A stretch of DNA of 64,000 bases from assembly GCA_964016885.1 (NCBI GenBank), contig OZ024743.1, positions 27,218,001 to 27,282,000 of the forward strand, written 5' to 3'. The notes beneath the pieces are model-generated. The model was given only the letters and a program-made list of their open reading frames with translations. It made no database searches and was not told the origin of the DNA. This document shows positions 24,722 to 38,177 of the stretch, piece after piece. The position numbers were made by a program, and so were the translations under genes. The DNA is from Eledone cirrhosa. Its lineage: Eukaryota. Each line of letters begins with the position of its first letter. Positions within the stretch are counted from its first letter, which is position 1.

Positions 24722-27700
24722 GTTCTTCTGGTTTTATAATTTCACAAAGTTTTAACAATAGAGAGAGAGTCGGTTTCTACATAGATACAAGACTCTCTCA
24801 TTGGAATTTACACAACATCAACTAGGTAGATATGTATGTATGCATGCATGTGTAGATATGGATGTTATTGTAAGTGTGGATGTGTATGTTTTGAGTTGTA
24901 TGTGTGCATGTGTATATGCTTTGCATCTGCACATGTGTATATGCAGTTATTAGATGCAAAATGTTTGGAATGTTTTACATATTTTTACTGTTCCATTAAT
25001 GGATTGTACTTGTAATTTCCTAACGAGTTGTGTTCTTTCTGTTCCTGTGAAGCCTAGCTTCTCAAGATTTGTATTGAGGCAGTTACTAACATACTCCAGT
25101 GCCCCAATAATCACAAGCATAAATCTGAAGGTGTAATCAGGGTGGAGTATCTGCAGATTTCTCATCAGTTCTGCATAAATATTCTCCTTTTCACTAATCT
25201 TTGATATTATATTGGCATCTGCTGGGCAGCTAATTTCCACTACTGTGCATGTTTTCTTCTCCCTGTCCCATATCATAATATCTGGTCTGTTATGCCTGCA
25301 TTTTATTGGGGTTTTACTGGAACATTCCACCAGTACTCTTTCATATTATGTACATGGATGTCTTCCACATTGCTGTAGCTTTTAATGTGTTTATTATCAG
25401 GGCTATCTTTTTTACGAACTGCATTGTACAGTGTTTTGGCCACTACATCATGCCTCATAGGTAGATAGTACCGCGATGACATCTTTGGACAGCTGCTGAT
25501 GACATGGGTGATATCCTCGATGTTAGTTCTGCAGAGTCTGCACTTGTTATCACATCTAGGTGTTTTGTGAATCAGGTATTTCCTGTCAATTTCCTGTTCT
25601 TGGATTGCAAAAGCGTATCCTTCAAAGTGGGAGCCAATATAGCGGTTGTTGGTCCAAGATAGACTACTTTCCTTATCTATATTACTCTCACTCAGGAGCT
25701 TCCTGGCAACATATCCATGCATGATTTTTTGCTGATAAGTATGCAGTCTTTCATCCATGGATTCACTGCGATACTGCTGAGCGACTTCCCTGGGTGTGAG
25801 ATTTTGATTATCATACAGGGAATATTTCTCGAGGAGTTCTTTCCCAACTCTCATGATCTTATCTGTTTCATGCAGATAGACTTGCTCGAGAAACGGGCTC
25901 CTACGCTTCGAGGTTCGTAGATGTTGTCGGAGAGATATGATGCGACATTCAAATGTTGTCTGGACTGATGTTAGGCCTCTGCCTCACTGCTTACGTTTGA
26001 AGTAAAGGCGGTCTATGTCACTGTTGATGTGGAAGTTTCCGATGCTGTTCAGTATTTTTCGAGTTCCAACATCAACTGCTCGGATTTCGTCTATCGTCCA
26101 ATTGAGTATTCCAAACGTTGGTGTTAGGACAGGCACAGCAAACACATTGTGAGCCACTGTTTTGTTTTGCGCAGAGAGTTCCGATGATCAGATCTTTCTT
26201 AATCGGGTGTAGTATTTCCTGGTTACGCGTTCTTTATTACAGATACCATTATAGAATATGTTCTAATCTATCCCCAGGTATCTGTAGCAGTCCTCATCAG
26301 ATATCCGTGAAACAGTTAGGTCATTGATGACAATGTTGCTAGATTGGGTTGTTGTTTTTCCCCGCTTTACATTCATGTATGAGCATTTATCTTGGCCAAA
26401 CTCCATTCCCATATCCTTTGAGAACGTTGTAACCAGTTCAAGATTTTTCTTCATCACATCCATGCTCTTGGCATAGAGTTTCAGATCGTCCACAAAGAAA
26501 TTATGGGTTAGGTTCGTATTTCTGTCCTCCTGTGAGCCAATGATGTATCCCTCACATTTCTTGAGCAGAAAGGACAAGGGGTTTAATGACAAGATGAATA
26601 ATATCACAGAGAGACTGTCCCCCTGAAATATACCCCTGCAATATTTTATTTTATCAGTGAAAATAGAGTCCTCCCTCTCTGTCTTTAACCGTAGGATAGT
26701 AGCCCAAGAAGAAGACAGTCTATCTATGCCTCTGACAATAATGTCTGGGACTTTAGAAAGTTGGAGGGCCTCTATCATCCAAGAGTGGGGAACAGAATCG
26801 AAAACTTTCCTGTAGTCCAGCCAGACTCTAGCCATATTCCTCCTAAGTTGTCGCACCTCCGACATCGTAGTTTTGTCGATTAGGAGTTGTTCAGCACATC
26901 CCCAAACCCCTTTCTTTCCAGATGCTTGTTCATCTGTGATGATGTTATTATTTTCACAGTGATCTTGGAGGAATAGGTTCAGGCAGGCTGTATACATCTT
27001 ATACATCAGGTTCTGGCATGCAATGGGTCGGTAGTTTTTTGCCAAGTGGGTGTCTTTGTTCTTGGGGACCAGTAATGTTTGTGCTAATGTCAACCATTCT
27101 GGTATAAGTGTATCTCCCTTAAGAACTTGTTGGTATCTTTCTGGGATGGGGCCTCAGTCCTCAGTGACACTTATTATTTTGCCCTTTATATCTCTATAGA
27201 CTAATGCTTGGTTTCGTCTGAATCTTTTATTAAGCACTTTTCTCTCATCTACCTTCTTCAGGTATCGGCGTTTTTCGCTAACAGCTCTCAATTCTTGTTT
27301 GAGGGTGATCAGCTTATATTGGAGAGTTCTGGTTCTACTGTTACAAAACATCGTCTCTATTTTATTTTCCAATCTATGTTAATGAGGAGTGAGGGGTTTT
27401 TTTGTGTTTGTTTGCATGTAAGGAGCATTGTCACATATCCTATATTTTTTCGTAGGTCAGCAATCTTTTTTTCTATTTTAGTTATATATGATGGTATTTT
27501 TGGTGGTGTTCTGTTCTTGTTAATATCTCTGCTATCACCAAGATAATGCTTCACTGTCGTTGCTAAGGCATATAAACAGGCGTTGATTTGCCAAATTGGA
27601 GTTTTTATCTGTCGTAAATATTCATCCCCTATTTCGTCAATAACACGTAATATTTCATTATTTGGTTTTTTATTAAACATTGTGGTTTTAATACGTTCAG

Positions 27701-28518
27701 CAAGAGAGATATTTATACATGAATTAATTTCTCTCTGGAAGATTTCGTCAAGGGAAAATTTCAATTGTTTATACTTTTGATTATTATCATTATCGATAGT
27801 ATTTTCCACAACAGTCGAGGTAGACTCGGATGGTACACGTGGTGTCAAATTTCTTCGATTATTATTATTATTTCTTCGATTATTATTATTATCGATAGTG
27901 TTTTCCCCAGCATTCGAGGTAGACTTAGATGGTACAGGTGGTGTCAAGTTTCTTACAGGCATAGTTGTTTCAAGACACAGTTCGACCTGGCTGCTAGGAG
28001 GTCTAGTAGTATGGCCACCTGAGCACATGTTGTTGATCCCATTTTTGTTGTGGGAGACTTACAATTAATAATATTTATCTTATTTTTACGTTCAACAAAC
28101 GTCGTTTGTTGGCGTAATTGTTTCGCTGTGAAATAATTTAGCTCTGGGCGCATTTCGTCCCAGTGTAGCTTCATTCTGTTCATATAGCCAATGCATGGAT
28201 TGTTTTTTTATCATTTTATAACAATTAAATAAATCATTATTAAGTTCGCAACTCCAAGAGAAATGTGATTTATAATTTCGGTCTCTTCTGTAGCTACAAC
28301 TGAACAAAGTTTGTTTACCTTCCCTGTTATTTGTCTTCAGTACTTCCTTAATTTTGTTGTTGATGTTGTGAAGATATAGTTAGAAGAATAACCAGTTATT
28401 CAACATGACTGTAGTTGTGACATTACTGTCGGAGATAGTATTCATCTTAAATTTAATAATTAGTCTCCCACGCCAAAATATGCGACTGATCGCGTTGACT
28501 GTATATGTATGTTGACTG

Positions 28519-28520
<2 letters not shown>
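24722..28520 (-). mobile_element. Near-full-length degenerate Dong/R4-clade LINE (RT plus restriction-like endonuclease)
   Basis: RT 26263-27093 (NYRPIAC, WLDYRKVFDSVPH, GIFQGDSLS, FVDDLKLY, YLG); CCHC CRLC..HVISSC and RHD; RPDIMIWD..VEISCP endonuclease; N-terminal W..E.N..L..CY..GY..RM..W motif; several frameshifts. Confidence 0.92.
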
Positions 28521-28521
<1 letters not shown>

Positions 28522-28550
<29 letters not shown>

Positions 28551-28608
28551 TGTATGTATGTATGTATGTATGTATGTATGTATGTATGTATGTATGTATG
28601 TATGTATG
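28522..28608. repeat. (TATG)n microsatellite at the Dong 5' junction
   Basis: Direct observation. Confidence 0.95.
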
Positions 28609-29026
28609 CATGGAAACTACTCAGACACCCTGAAACAATTGCTATCACAGTTGCAACAGGTAAAGTACTTTTTATCGATTATGTCTTTTTTCAAACTGAA
28701 TAATACTCTAGCGTGCTTTGTTTTAAATATGGTGAAAAGAAAGATGAGAAATCACAAATTAACTCTACCTGAATGTCTATAACGTCCTTTCCCACAAAGT
28801 TGAAAGGAAGAGGACACAAATCATTAAATAGACTGACCCTGGTTTTTAGTGACCGGCTCAGAGCTTATGAACACTAACATGTATAATAACAACAGCAACA
28901 TCCAAACGACAAAAAGTCAAACAACAACATTGTCTGCCATCACCACCACTCAATCAAAACGATCAACTAACAACAACATCTACAACAACAGCAGCATCAA
29001 AACGATAAGCCAAGCAACAATCAACT

Positions 29027-29295
29027 TCCACCACCATCACCACCACCAGCACCACCAGCACCAGCACCAGCATCAGCATCAGCACCAGCACCACCACAAC
29101 CACCACCACTATAACCATCACTGTAAAAACCACCACCACCACAACTATAACTATCACCACCACAACCACCACCACTATAACCATAACCACAACCACCACC
29201 ACCACTATAGCCACCATCACCACCACCACCACCACCACTACCGCCACCACTATAACCACCACCACCACCACAACCACCACCACAACCACCACCAC
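29027..29295. repeat. Compound (CAC)n/(CAG,CAT,AAC,TAT) trinucleotide repeat
   Basis: Direct observation. Confidence 0.9.
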
Positions 29296-29299
29296 GAGC

Positions 29300-31975
29300 A
29301 GGAATAAGAATAAAGCAAAATACAAAAATTACGCGAAAGATCGAGTGAAACTCAACATTTGTTGTTGCAACGTTAGGACACTCCTGGATAGAAACTCGTC
29401 TGGACATCCAGAGCGTAGAACTGCATTTGTGACAAAAGAACCCAGAAGATTGAACATAGACATAGTAGCTTTATCTGAAACACGTTTGGCGGGAGAAGAT
29501 CAATTAACAGAAGTATCATCAGCTTCTCTCTTTTTGGGGTAGGTAAACCCATTGCTGAACGGAGAGAAGGCGATGTTGGCTTCGCCATTAGAATATCCCT
29601 GCTTAATCGCATGGAATATCCTGCAGGTGTAACCGTTCACATTATGAAGCTTCGTATTCCTCTGAGATATGGCCATTATGTAACACCTTTGTCTGTTTAT
29701 GCACCAACCATACAGGCCAGTGAGATGGTCCTTGATTCTTTCTATGGGTCTCTTCATGCTGTCATTACATGCACACCTGCTGACGATAAGTTATTACTTC
29801 TCGGTGATTTTAATGCTCGTGTCGGTAGTGATCACGAGATGTGGGGCGCCCTCGGTTCATTTGGAATTGGTAAAATGAACACCAGCGGCATGAGGCTACT
29901 TGAACTTTGCTCAGAACTCAACTTAACCACCTGCTACACTCTTTTCCGCCAGAAGCTCAAATATAAAGCTACCCGGTATCATCCAAGGTTCATGCATGGA
30001 CACATGATTGATTTCATCATCACTCGTAAACGAGATCTAAGTGATGTGTGTACAGTGCGTGTGTTGCGTAGTGCAGAATGTGGCACTGACCATAAACTAG
30101 TGCGAGGAAAGTTGAAGATGATATCTGCAAAAGAATTTGTATGAGTGGAGTGAAAGCACCGAAACGCATTGATGTCACCAAACTGAGGTGAGAAGATGTG
30201 CGTGCAACCCTAACTGAAATATTCGATGTTCTCGATTTTGATGGCACCCGGGAAAACTTTAGAGATCAAGTTTACTCAGTGGGAGCTGAGGCACTTGGCT
30301 TCAGAACCAAGAAACACTACGACTGGTTCAATGACAACAATCCAATATCAATCAGCTACTGGAAGCCAAGCACACTCTCTATGAAAAGCTCCTGAATCAG
30401 AATCCCGTAGCACAACTAGCTGTCAGGAAAGCCTACGGAGATCACAAGGCAACACTGCAACGCGAACTGCGTAGGATGCAAAATGAGTGGTAGAGTAATA
30501 TCTCCTCGGAAATCTAATAGGCTTTTAACACCAAAGATTTGAAGTCATTATATTCATTGATACGCCAAGTATTCGGCCCACCAACATCCTCTGTAACTCC
30601 TCGGAGATCTAAAGACAATGCCAATACCATCACCAAAGAGCCACCAAAAATCCTTCAGCGTTGGGAGGAACATTTTACTGACCTGTTTGACAACCCATCA
30701 GCAGTCAATTTTGGAGTGATAGAGAGCTTTCCTCAATGTAAAACAGTCGACCGTATGGATCGTGTTTCTTCTGCTGATGAAATAAAGCTGGCAGTCAAGC
30801 AGGTTAACTCTGGCAAGGCACCAGGTCCAGATGGTAACCCAGACGAACTGCTGAAAGTCGGTAGTGATAATGTAATGGAAGCAGTAAAGAACTTCATCTC
30901 TGATTGCTGGAATAGGACCCCAGTTCCACAAAACTGGATCAACGGTATTCTGTTATCATTATACAAAGGCAAAGGTGAAAAATCGATATGTGGCAACTAC
31001 CATGGCATCACTTTGTTGGAAGATGTTGGTAAGATTCTCGAAAGACTTTTGCTCAACAGACTGGAGGACGATATCTGAATCCCAGAGTGGCTTTAGAGGA
31101 GGAACGGGAACATTTTACATGATTTTCTCTGTAAGACAAATACAAGAAAAATACATTGAGCAGTGTGTTCCTCCATATCAAGTCTTTGTCGACCTAAAGA
31201 AGTCTTTTGACACAGTTAACAGAGATGCACTGTGGATAATATTTGGAAAACTGGGATGTCCACCTAAGTTTCTGAGTATGCTAAAGCAGCTGCGCAGAAA
31301 TATGAAAGCTCGGCTTACCTTCAATGGTCAACTATCTGGGGAAATCCAAATTGATAACGGGGTAAAGCAAGGTCATATTCCTGCTCCTACGCTTTTCTCC
31401 ATTTTCCTTGCTGCCTTGTTCACACATGCTTCCCATGATTGTGACAGAGGCATTCTCTTACGATTCAGAACTACTGGAAAGGTTTTCAACTTAAGAAGGT
31501 TTAATGCCAAGACAAAAACCTTTCAAGCTAAGATAAGAGACCTTCTTTACATCGACGACTCTGACTTCCTAGTACACACAGAAGCTGATATGTAACGCAT
31601 TATGGATCGTTTCTCATCCTCGTGTACAGCATTTGGGCTTACAATCTGCCTTAAAAAGACCAAAGTAATGTTTACCCCTGCTCCTGGAGAACCATATACT
31701 GAACCCAATATCATGGTTGATGGAACCAAGTTGGGAGTAGTAGATAAATTTGTCTACTTGGGTAGCACACTCTCAAATTATGGCTCTTTGGATGCTGAAA
31801 TACATCTGTGCATCCAGAAGGCCTCTGTTGCCCTCAGAAAATTGGAAAAGAGAGTTTGGTCAAATCGCAACATTACCAACAATACAAAGGTGTGTGTATG
31901 TATAGATCATGTCTGCTCTTTTATACTTCGCCGAAACCTGGACGTTATTCCGCAAACACACCAAATTGTTTGAGC
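29300..31975 (+). mobile_element. Degenerate RTE-clade LINE (APE endonuclease plus RT)
   Basis: APE motifs NVRTLLD, IVALSETRL, SVYAPT, GDFNARVG, IDFII, TDHKLV; RT motifs GKAPGPDG, FVDLKKSFDTV, GVKQG, LLYIDD, KTKVM, FVYLGS; stops and frameshifts. Confidence 0.93.
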
Positions 31976-32505
31976 TCAGAATGTGAAGATTATCATGGTA
32001 TAAGTCCGCTCGAATCGGTAGAAAAAGTCTTATCCAAGGTCTTGTTGAATCGTCTAATAAAATGGATCTGCCCTGGTGCCATCCCTGAGACCCAGTGTGG
32101 ATTCAGAGCTGGGCGGTTTACTATGGGCATTATTTTCATTGCCCGCCAGATTATGGAGAATTGTGCCGAGCAGCAAGTACCGCAATACCAAATATATGTG
32201 GACCTTACTAAGGCCTTCAATACTGTTAATAGTACTACATTATGGGTCATATTGGGGAAACTTGGAAGACCTCATGAGTTTGTTTGAATATTCAGAAAAC
32301 TCCATCAACATATGAAAGCAATGGGATATTTTCAGAGACAATTTCAGTGGAAAACGGTGTTAAGCAAGGCGACATACCTGCAACCACTCTGTTCTCATAC
32401 TCTTCGTCATGTTGCTGACATATGTCTTCCAAGATTTCGAAATTGGTTTATACTTCCGAATTAGAACCTCTGGTAAAGTCCTTAATCTAAGACGGTTTAA
32501 CTCTA
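31976..32505 (+). mobile_element. Second RTE RT fragment, a diverged paralogue of about 30990-31505
   Basis: PETQCGFRAGR, YVDLTKAFNTV, NGVKQGDI, FRIRTSGKVLNLRRFN. Confidence 0.85.
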
Positions 32506-32577
32506 TTTAGAACTCTACCATTGGACTGAGTGCTCCACCAACTTTGGAGATGAATCCGCTGACTTTTCATTACCATC

Positions 32578-32641
32578 TATGTATGTATGTATGTATGTAT
32601 GTATGTATGTATGTATGTATGTATGTATGTATGTATGTATA
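32578..32641. repeat. (TATG)n microsatellite
   Basis: Direct observation. Confidence 0.95.
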
Positions 32642-33068
32642 TGGCCATCCAAAATCACCGGGAGAGATGACCCCTTAGCCTTTGTCAAGGCAGAATTCTA
32701 GGAGAAGGAAAACTCTGATATAGCACCTGCAACCCTGATGGTATCCAATGATGTTGACTTGTTCTTCTTTTTGGTAAATATCATCTTGGTTAAGAGAGTG
32801 GGACTGGCTTTGTGCAGTGCCTTTGCTCACTATAAAAGCTTCACGGCACAGGCATTGCTTTATATCTGGAGATCTCTCTGCACTTGTCATCACAGGGTAC
32901 AATGAGCCCAGCACTATGTGTCAGTAATTGTCACAAGTGTAGTGTTTGTACCAGAGTTTTCAAGTCGCTGGCTGGACTAAAAAGTCGCACTCGTTCAGCG
33001 CATCAGTAGGGGTTCTCCTACATGGATATAAAGTAGTGGCCGTGCTCGAAAACGAGTTGGCAGCCACC

Positions 33069-33069
<1 letters not shown>
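32642..33069 (+). mobile_element. Bipartite non-autonomous RTE derivative (5' UTR fused to 3' end)
   Basis: RTE-type 5' UTR motif ggagaaggaaaactctga; zinc-finger end; terminal hairpin gtggccg..ctcgaaaacgag..cagccac. Confidence 0.75.
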
Positions 33070-33100
<31 letters not shown>

Positions 33101-33120
33101 GTGGACCTTACTAAGGCCTC

Positions 33121-33174
33121 TGTTATTTTAATAAAAGCACACACATATATGTGTGTGTTTTTATTAAAATAACA
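33121..33174. repeat. Short near-perfect palindrome
   Basis: tgttattttaataaaa-gcacacacatatatgtgtgtgt-ttttattaaaataaca. Confidence 0.9.
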
Positions 33175-33299
33175 TTAAAGTTTAAGCAAAGTATCGCTGC
33201 TTTCGCGGGAATGTTGTTTTAAACTGCTCAACATAACGTTAACATGTGGAACCCGGATTTTAGTCTTCACATTTATTATTATTACTATATATATATAAA

Positions 33300-33415
<116 letters not shown>

Positions 33416-34013
33416 ACGTGTGTAATTAAAAATATAAATTTATGACACACTCAGCTCTTTCAGGTAGCTTTTCCTCGAAAGATAGCTGGATATAAAATGT
33501 TTGTATTTTTGTACGCTACATAATTACAGTAACAGTAATAAAGCATATCTGTTGATCAGTTTCATGAAAAATGACCTCCTAGAACTAATTATCATGCACG
33601 CCCTGGTTTCTATTTGTCTCTCATTAACGGTTGTGAGTGTTAACGCATGCTAACGTTATGTAGAGCAGTTTAAAACAACATTCGCCCGAAAGATAAGTTT
33701 GTTCGTTTTGTGCATTGTTGTATCCAATTCTATGAGATCGATGATTTTATACCACGCATTTGTATATGTAGATATGCCAGCTGTCACGCAATAAGAATGC
33801 GTGTTCTTCAAATAACAGTGAAAGCTAGTGTTTTCTTTTCCGTTAGAAAATATCTAATGTGTGGGAGGCAATGTCACGCGACTGACACAATTTGCTATAC
33901 TTGTTTATATTAATTCGTGTAAAGATATTGATCTTTTTAAACTCCACACACACACACACACACACACATATCTATATCTATATATCTATATCTATATACA
34001 TATATATATGTAG

Positions 34014-34099
<86 letters not shown>

Positions 34100-35614
34100 G
34101 TTAGAACACGAAAAGTGTGAAACAACAGAATGTTCACTTTTCGTGTTCTAACATATATGCCTAACTTCTTCATAAATTTTTCGGGGATAGCCGTGGTAGT
34201 GGTGATCGTATGTCATTGGCTAATTTTCAACCAATCAGAGTAAGTGTTGATATATATATATATATATATATATATACTATTCCCCCTCTCTCTATATATA
34301 TCTTACGCTTTCGCTTTACACTCCTTCCCTTCAATAACACATTTCCGCCTCTCTATATATCTCTTCCACTGTTACTTACGCCTGTTTCTCTCTATCTATT
34401 CCGTCTCTATATATATCTCTCTTACTCTTTCGCTTTGCACTCCTCCCCTTCAATACCATCTCTCCCCCTCTCTATATATTTGTTACTCTATCGCTGCACG
34501 CTCCTCTCCTTCAATATATCAATTACACACGCTTTACACTCCTTTATCCCCAGCGCCCCTATATATATACCCCCCCCCCCCTCCCGCATCTATATTTTAA
34601 TGTTCCGTTGCACCGTGAATATATGTGTCTATATATATATACATATATATTGTATATACACATTCATGTATGTGTATACACACTCATGTATGTATATACA
34701 CTGGTTTTATGTGTGTATTGTAAATTTGTACTGTTAAAACACGAAACTAACATTCGATTAGACACTTTGATTACCTGTACAGGCAATAGTTATTAGAATG
34801 CTGTTGAAGTGTGTATATATTTTTGGGGGACATCCTGTATATACACACATTATATATAATACAATAAACAGATAAATACACACATATATATATGAGCTTA
34901 TTTAATTATAAATATTGTGAATTTTTAACTCAGTTCAATTATATATATAAATGGCTTCTACAGGACTAGAACTGTTTCATTCGAAAGAAATCATCATAAT
35001 ATTGAGAGGGGGGACTAGATAAAATATTTCAAATCAAATGTGTATAAGTTATAAGTTAAAATGTATAAATAGAGACGATAGTGGAGGTATATCTGTTTAG
35101 TGGAACAGCAGACGATAGAATTAAATACAGACGAGAATCTCCCTTTAATGAAACAGCAGACGATAGAATTAAGGCAATTTAAATTTTAAGCATTTGCATT
35201 TTTGCCTTTCATCGTTACGGGGTCGATAAAATAAAGTACCAGTAATACACTGTCACTATAAGTAGACGACTTTCAAATTGAATTGTTGGTTCCATTTCTT
35301 TAGTATTTTCAATTGTAGTTATCTACTTAAAAAGAGTTACACGGTTAGAGACATAATTGGTAAGTTATATCTTCCCTATTAAACCATTGCATTATTTCGC
35401 CTACAATAGAACAAAAATGAAATGTTCTTTAAAGAAACAGGAATATAACTTTATAAAAAAAAAAGTTGCATCCGCTTCTTTTATCATTGATAATTTTTTC
35501 GTTTTATTATTAATTGTTTTTTGTAGTTGTTTATATTAAAAATCTTACTGTAATATTTACTTAAACGAAGGCAGACATCTAAACTTATAGATTAATCTTG
35601 AGCGAAGGACTAGA

Positions 35615-35707
<93 letters not shown>

Positions 35708-35708
<1 letters not shown>

Positions 35709-35921
35709 AACGAAGAATGATAACATTTCAAGCAAAGAGTTTAATTAGGTAATGACTTACAAATTTGTTTCAGTATATATTTAATATAATATTAATATAT
35801 TTTGTAATATTATTAACTAATTATTATAATTAGCGCTTCAGGCTTTGTCTATATACTGAAACAAATTTGTAAGTCATTACCTAATTAAACTATTTGCTTG
35901 AAATTTTATCACTCTTCGTTT
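35708..35921. repeat. Inverted repeat, arms 35708-35779 and 35850-35921, abutting (TC)n(TA)n
   Basis: tttaattaggtaatgacttacaaatttgtttcagtatata pairs with tatatactgaaacaaatttgtaagtcattacctaattaaa. Confidence 0.92.
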
Positions 35922-36009
35922 TGAATTTCTCCTAAGTATTCAATACTCTGTTGAGAAATACATTTTACATAAACAGTCTTTGTACCATTTATACGGTATT
36001 AATTACTTA

Positions 36010-36041
<32 letters not shown>

Positions 36042-36119
36042 GCGTATGATTAGAACTGTGTTTATTATTAATATTTTAATGGATTTAATGAAAAATTTTA
36101 GGTGTTCATATATATATTC

Positions 36120-36182
36120 TAAAAATGCGCGAAATCGTGAATCCGCGATAGTTGAACCGCCAAGTAGCGAGGTATCACTGTA
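36120..36182. mobile_element. pogo/Tigger-like terminal inverted repeat end
   Basis: Reverse complement TA-CAGTGATACCTCGC; single end only. Confidence 0.5.
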
Positions 36183-36208
36183 TATATGTTTAAATATATA
36201 GTGTAGCT

Positions 36209-36673
36209 GTGATGTATCTCGCGAGTGAATCGAGACCTGTCACTGATTTTTGTGTCCCCACTGCCGATGTGAATGAGCAACGCTGCACTTGTGAATTGGG
36301 TCTTGATGTTGCAGGCAGTTCATATACTTACAATGATGCGGTCCCACAAGCTTGTTCACATTCCTGTGCTAATAATCTAGATGGGCGTATTAAATTGGAT
36401 GTGAAAGCAGCTTACCGGATGCAGAATCGGGAGAAGTTGAGACAAAAACAGGTCGATTATAGAGCTGTGAATTTTGCTAAATTAACACAAAAACAGGCCA
36501 AGTATAGATGTTCAAAACGGTATGAGTTGGCAAAGAAGCAGGCCAAGTATAGATCTGCAAATTCAGCTATTATATCTCAAAAGCAAGCCGAGCGTAGAGC
36601 TTCTAAACGTACCGAGTTGGCTAAAGAGCAGACCAAGTACAGATCTGCAAATATCTTATTGCACAAACAATAA
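36209..36673 (+). other. ORF with about six 15-aa Lys/Arg/Gln repeats, probably a mobile-element fragment
   Basis: KQVDYRAVN / KQAKYRCSK / KQAKYRSAN / KQAERRASK / EQTKYRSAN periodicity. Confidence 0.4.
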
Positions 36674-36879
36674 TTCTGCACAAATGTTGCTCCATTATTA
36701 GATCTAATGTTGCAACGATACAGTTAAATGTTGTCTGTGTATTTTAAAAAAGATTTGCTTATAATCTTTTCAAATTTCATTACGCCAATGATTCAAGCTC
36801 AAATTGACATTATCTAAAAAATTGTACAAACAGCGGTGGATTAGCAGTAGTAACAGATAAATCAGTCAATTTATTAAGA

Positions 36880-37537
36880 TTGACTTGGCATCAATCAGCA
36901 AGACCTTCATTAGCTGCTCTCCAGCCATCTATTTAAAGCTGTATACATCTATGGTACGAATACACTTGGAGTTCGCGTCATCAGTCTGGAACCCCTATCT
37001 TGCTCAGAACATTGACCTCCTGGAAACTGTTCAGAGACATGCAACCAAGCGCATACCCTCCATCAGACACCTACAATACCCTGAATATTTTGCTTCCCTC
37101 TGGCAATGGACTTGGTAAACATCCACAAAGTTATTAACCATCCGACCAACAACAACCCCGAACACCTTTTTGATCTCCATGTGTCTAACACGTGGACATG
37201 CCTACAAAGTCAGAAAACAACACAGCTCCCATGACTTTAGGAAATATTTCTTCATGCTCAGAGTTGCTGAAGGATGGAACAAACTTCCTGCATCAGTTGT
37301 TAGCTGATGACACACTGCATCCTTTAAAACCATCATACATTCCGAAATACACCAAAACTACACCTGATGTCCCCCTTCCATACACATGCACATATGTGTA
37401 TATCATGACTCATGCACTGTTCTTTTTTCATGACGTTTTTATATTACCCTATGTATTATATATGCACTTTTGATGAGTTGTAGTGCACCTCAGCATTGTA
37501 CACAATATTTTCATTATTATTATCATTATTATTATTA
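36880..37537 (+). mobile_element. CR1-clade LINE 3' fragment with (ATT)n tail
   Basis: LYTSMVRIHLEFASSVWNPY..LLETVQRHATKRI; TRGH and WNKLP-like motifs; attattatt tail. Confidence 0.85.
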
Positions 37538-38005
37538 CACTCATTGATCCATTTTGCACTAACTCTGCATCAAGCACCTTCACCTAAATATTAACCAATC
37601 AAGGATCCAATACAGCTATCTGTTGGATGAGTATTGTATAGTGCCAAAAACGAAACCAATCAGTTTAGCAGAAAGTTTCCAGACAAGAAACACGCATATT
37701 TTGCTATCCTCAAACACGTTTACACATGGCATGAAATATAACTAATCCGGGATGGCTAGGTTTCATCTTCTAACTGGATATACGAAATCCATTATGTCTT
37801 GACAACAACATGAGGTAACATTATGTTATTCACAGACACACTTTGTACACTGTTCCATATCAGAATGTATTACCTTCGTCACATTCACAAAGAGTATTGA
37901 AAATATGTTCTTCGGCAAATAAAAATGTTTTGTTCATAATATTTCAACTAGCGATTGCTCTACTCCACGCACGACCACCATAAATTAATGACCAGCTCAA
38001 CACAA

Positions 38006-38177
38006 GTATTGGTAGAGCGTCAGACACCATGCTTTGCAGTATTGTTATGGTCCTTTGCATTCTAAGTTCAAATCCTGCCGAGGTTAACTTCGACTTTCAT
38101 ACTTACTAATTCGATAAAATAAAGTACCAGTAATGGACTGCCGTAATGGATTTGTGCCGAAAAATAGAAACACTATT
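38006..38177 (+). mobile_element. SINE family A
   Basis: Body match. Confidence 0.8.

Noticed and set aside
28300-28520. HDV-like ribozyme in the Dong 5' UTR
   Set aside because: Could not build the nested double pseudoknot by eye
28849-29407. His-rich, Val-rich and Gly-rich ORFs resembling squid beak or cuticle proteins
   Set aside because: Open in several frames on both strands because of the (CAC)n repeat; no signal peptide or splice support
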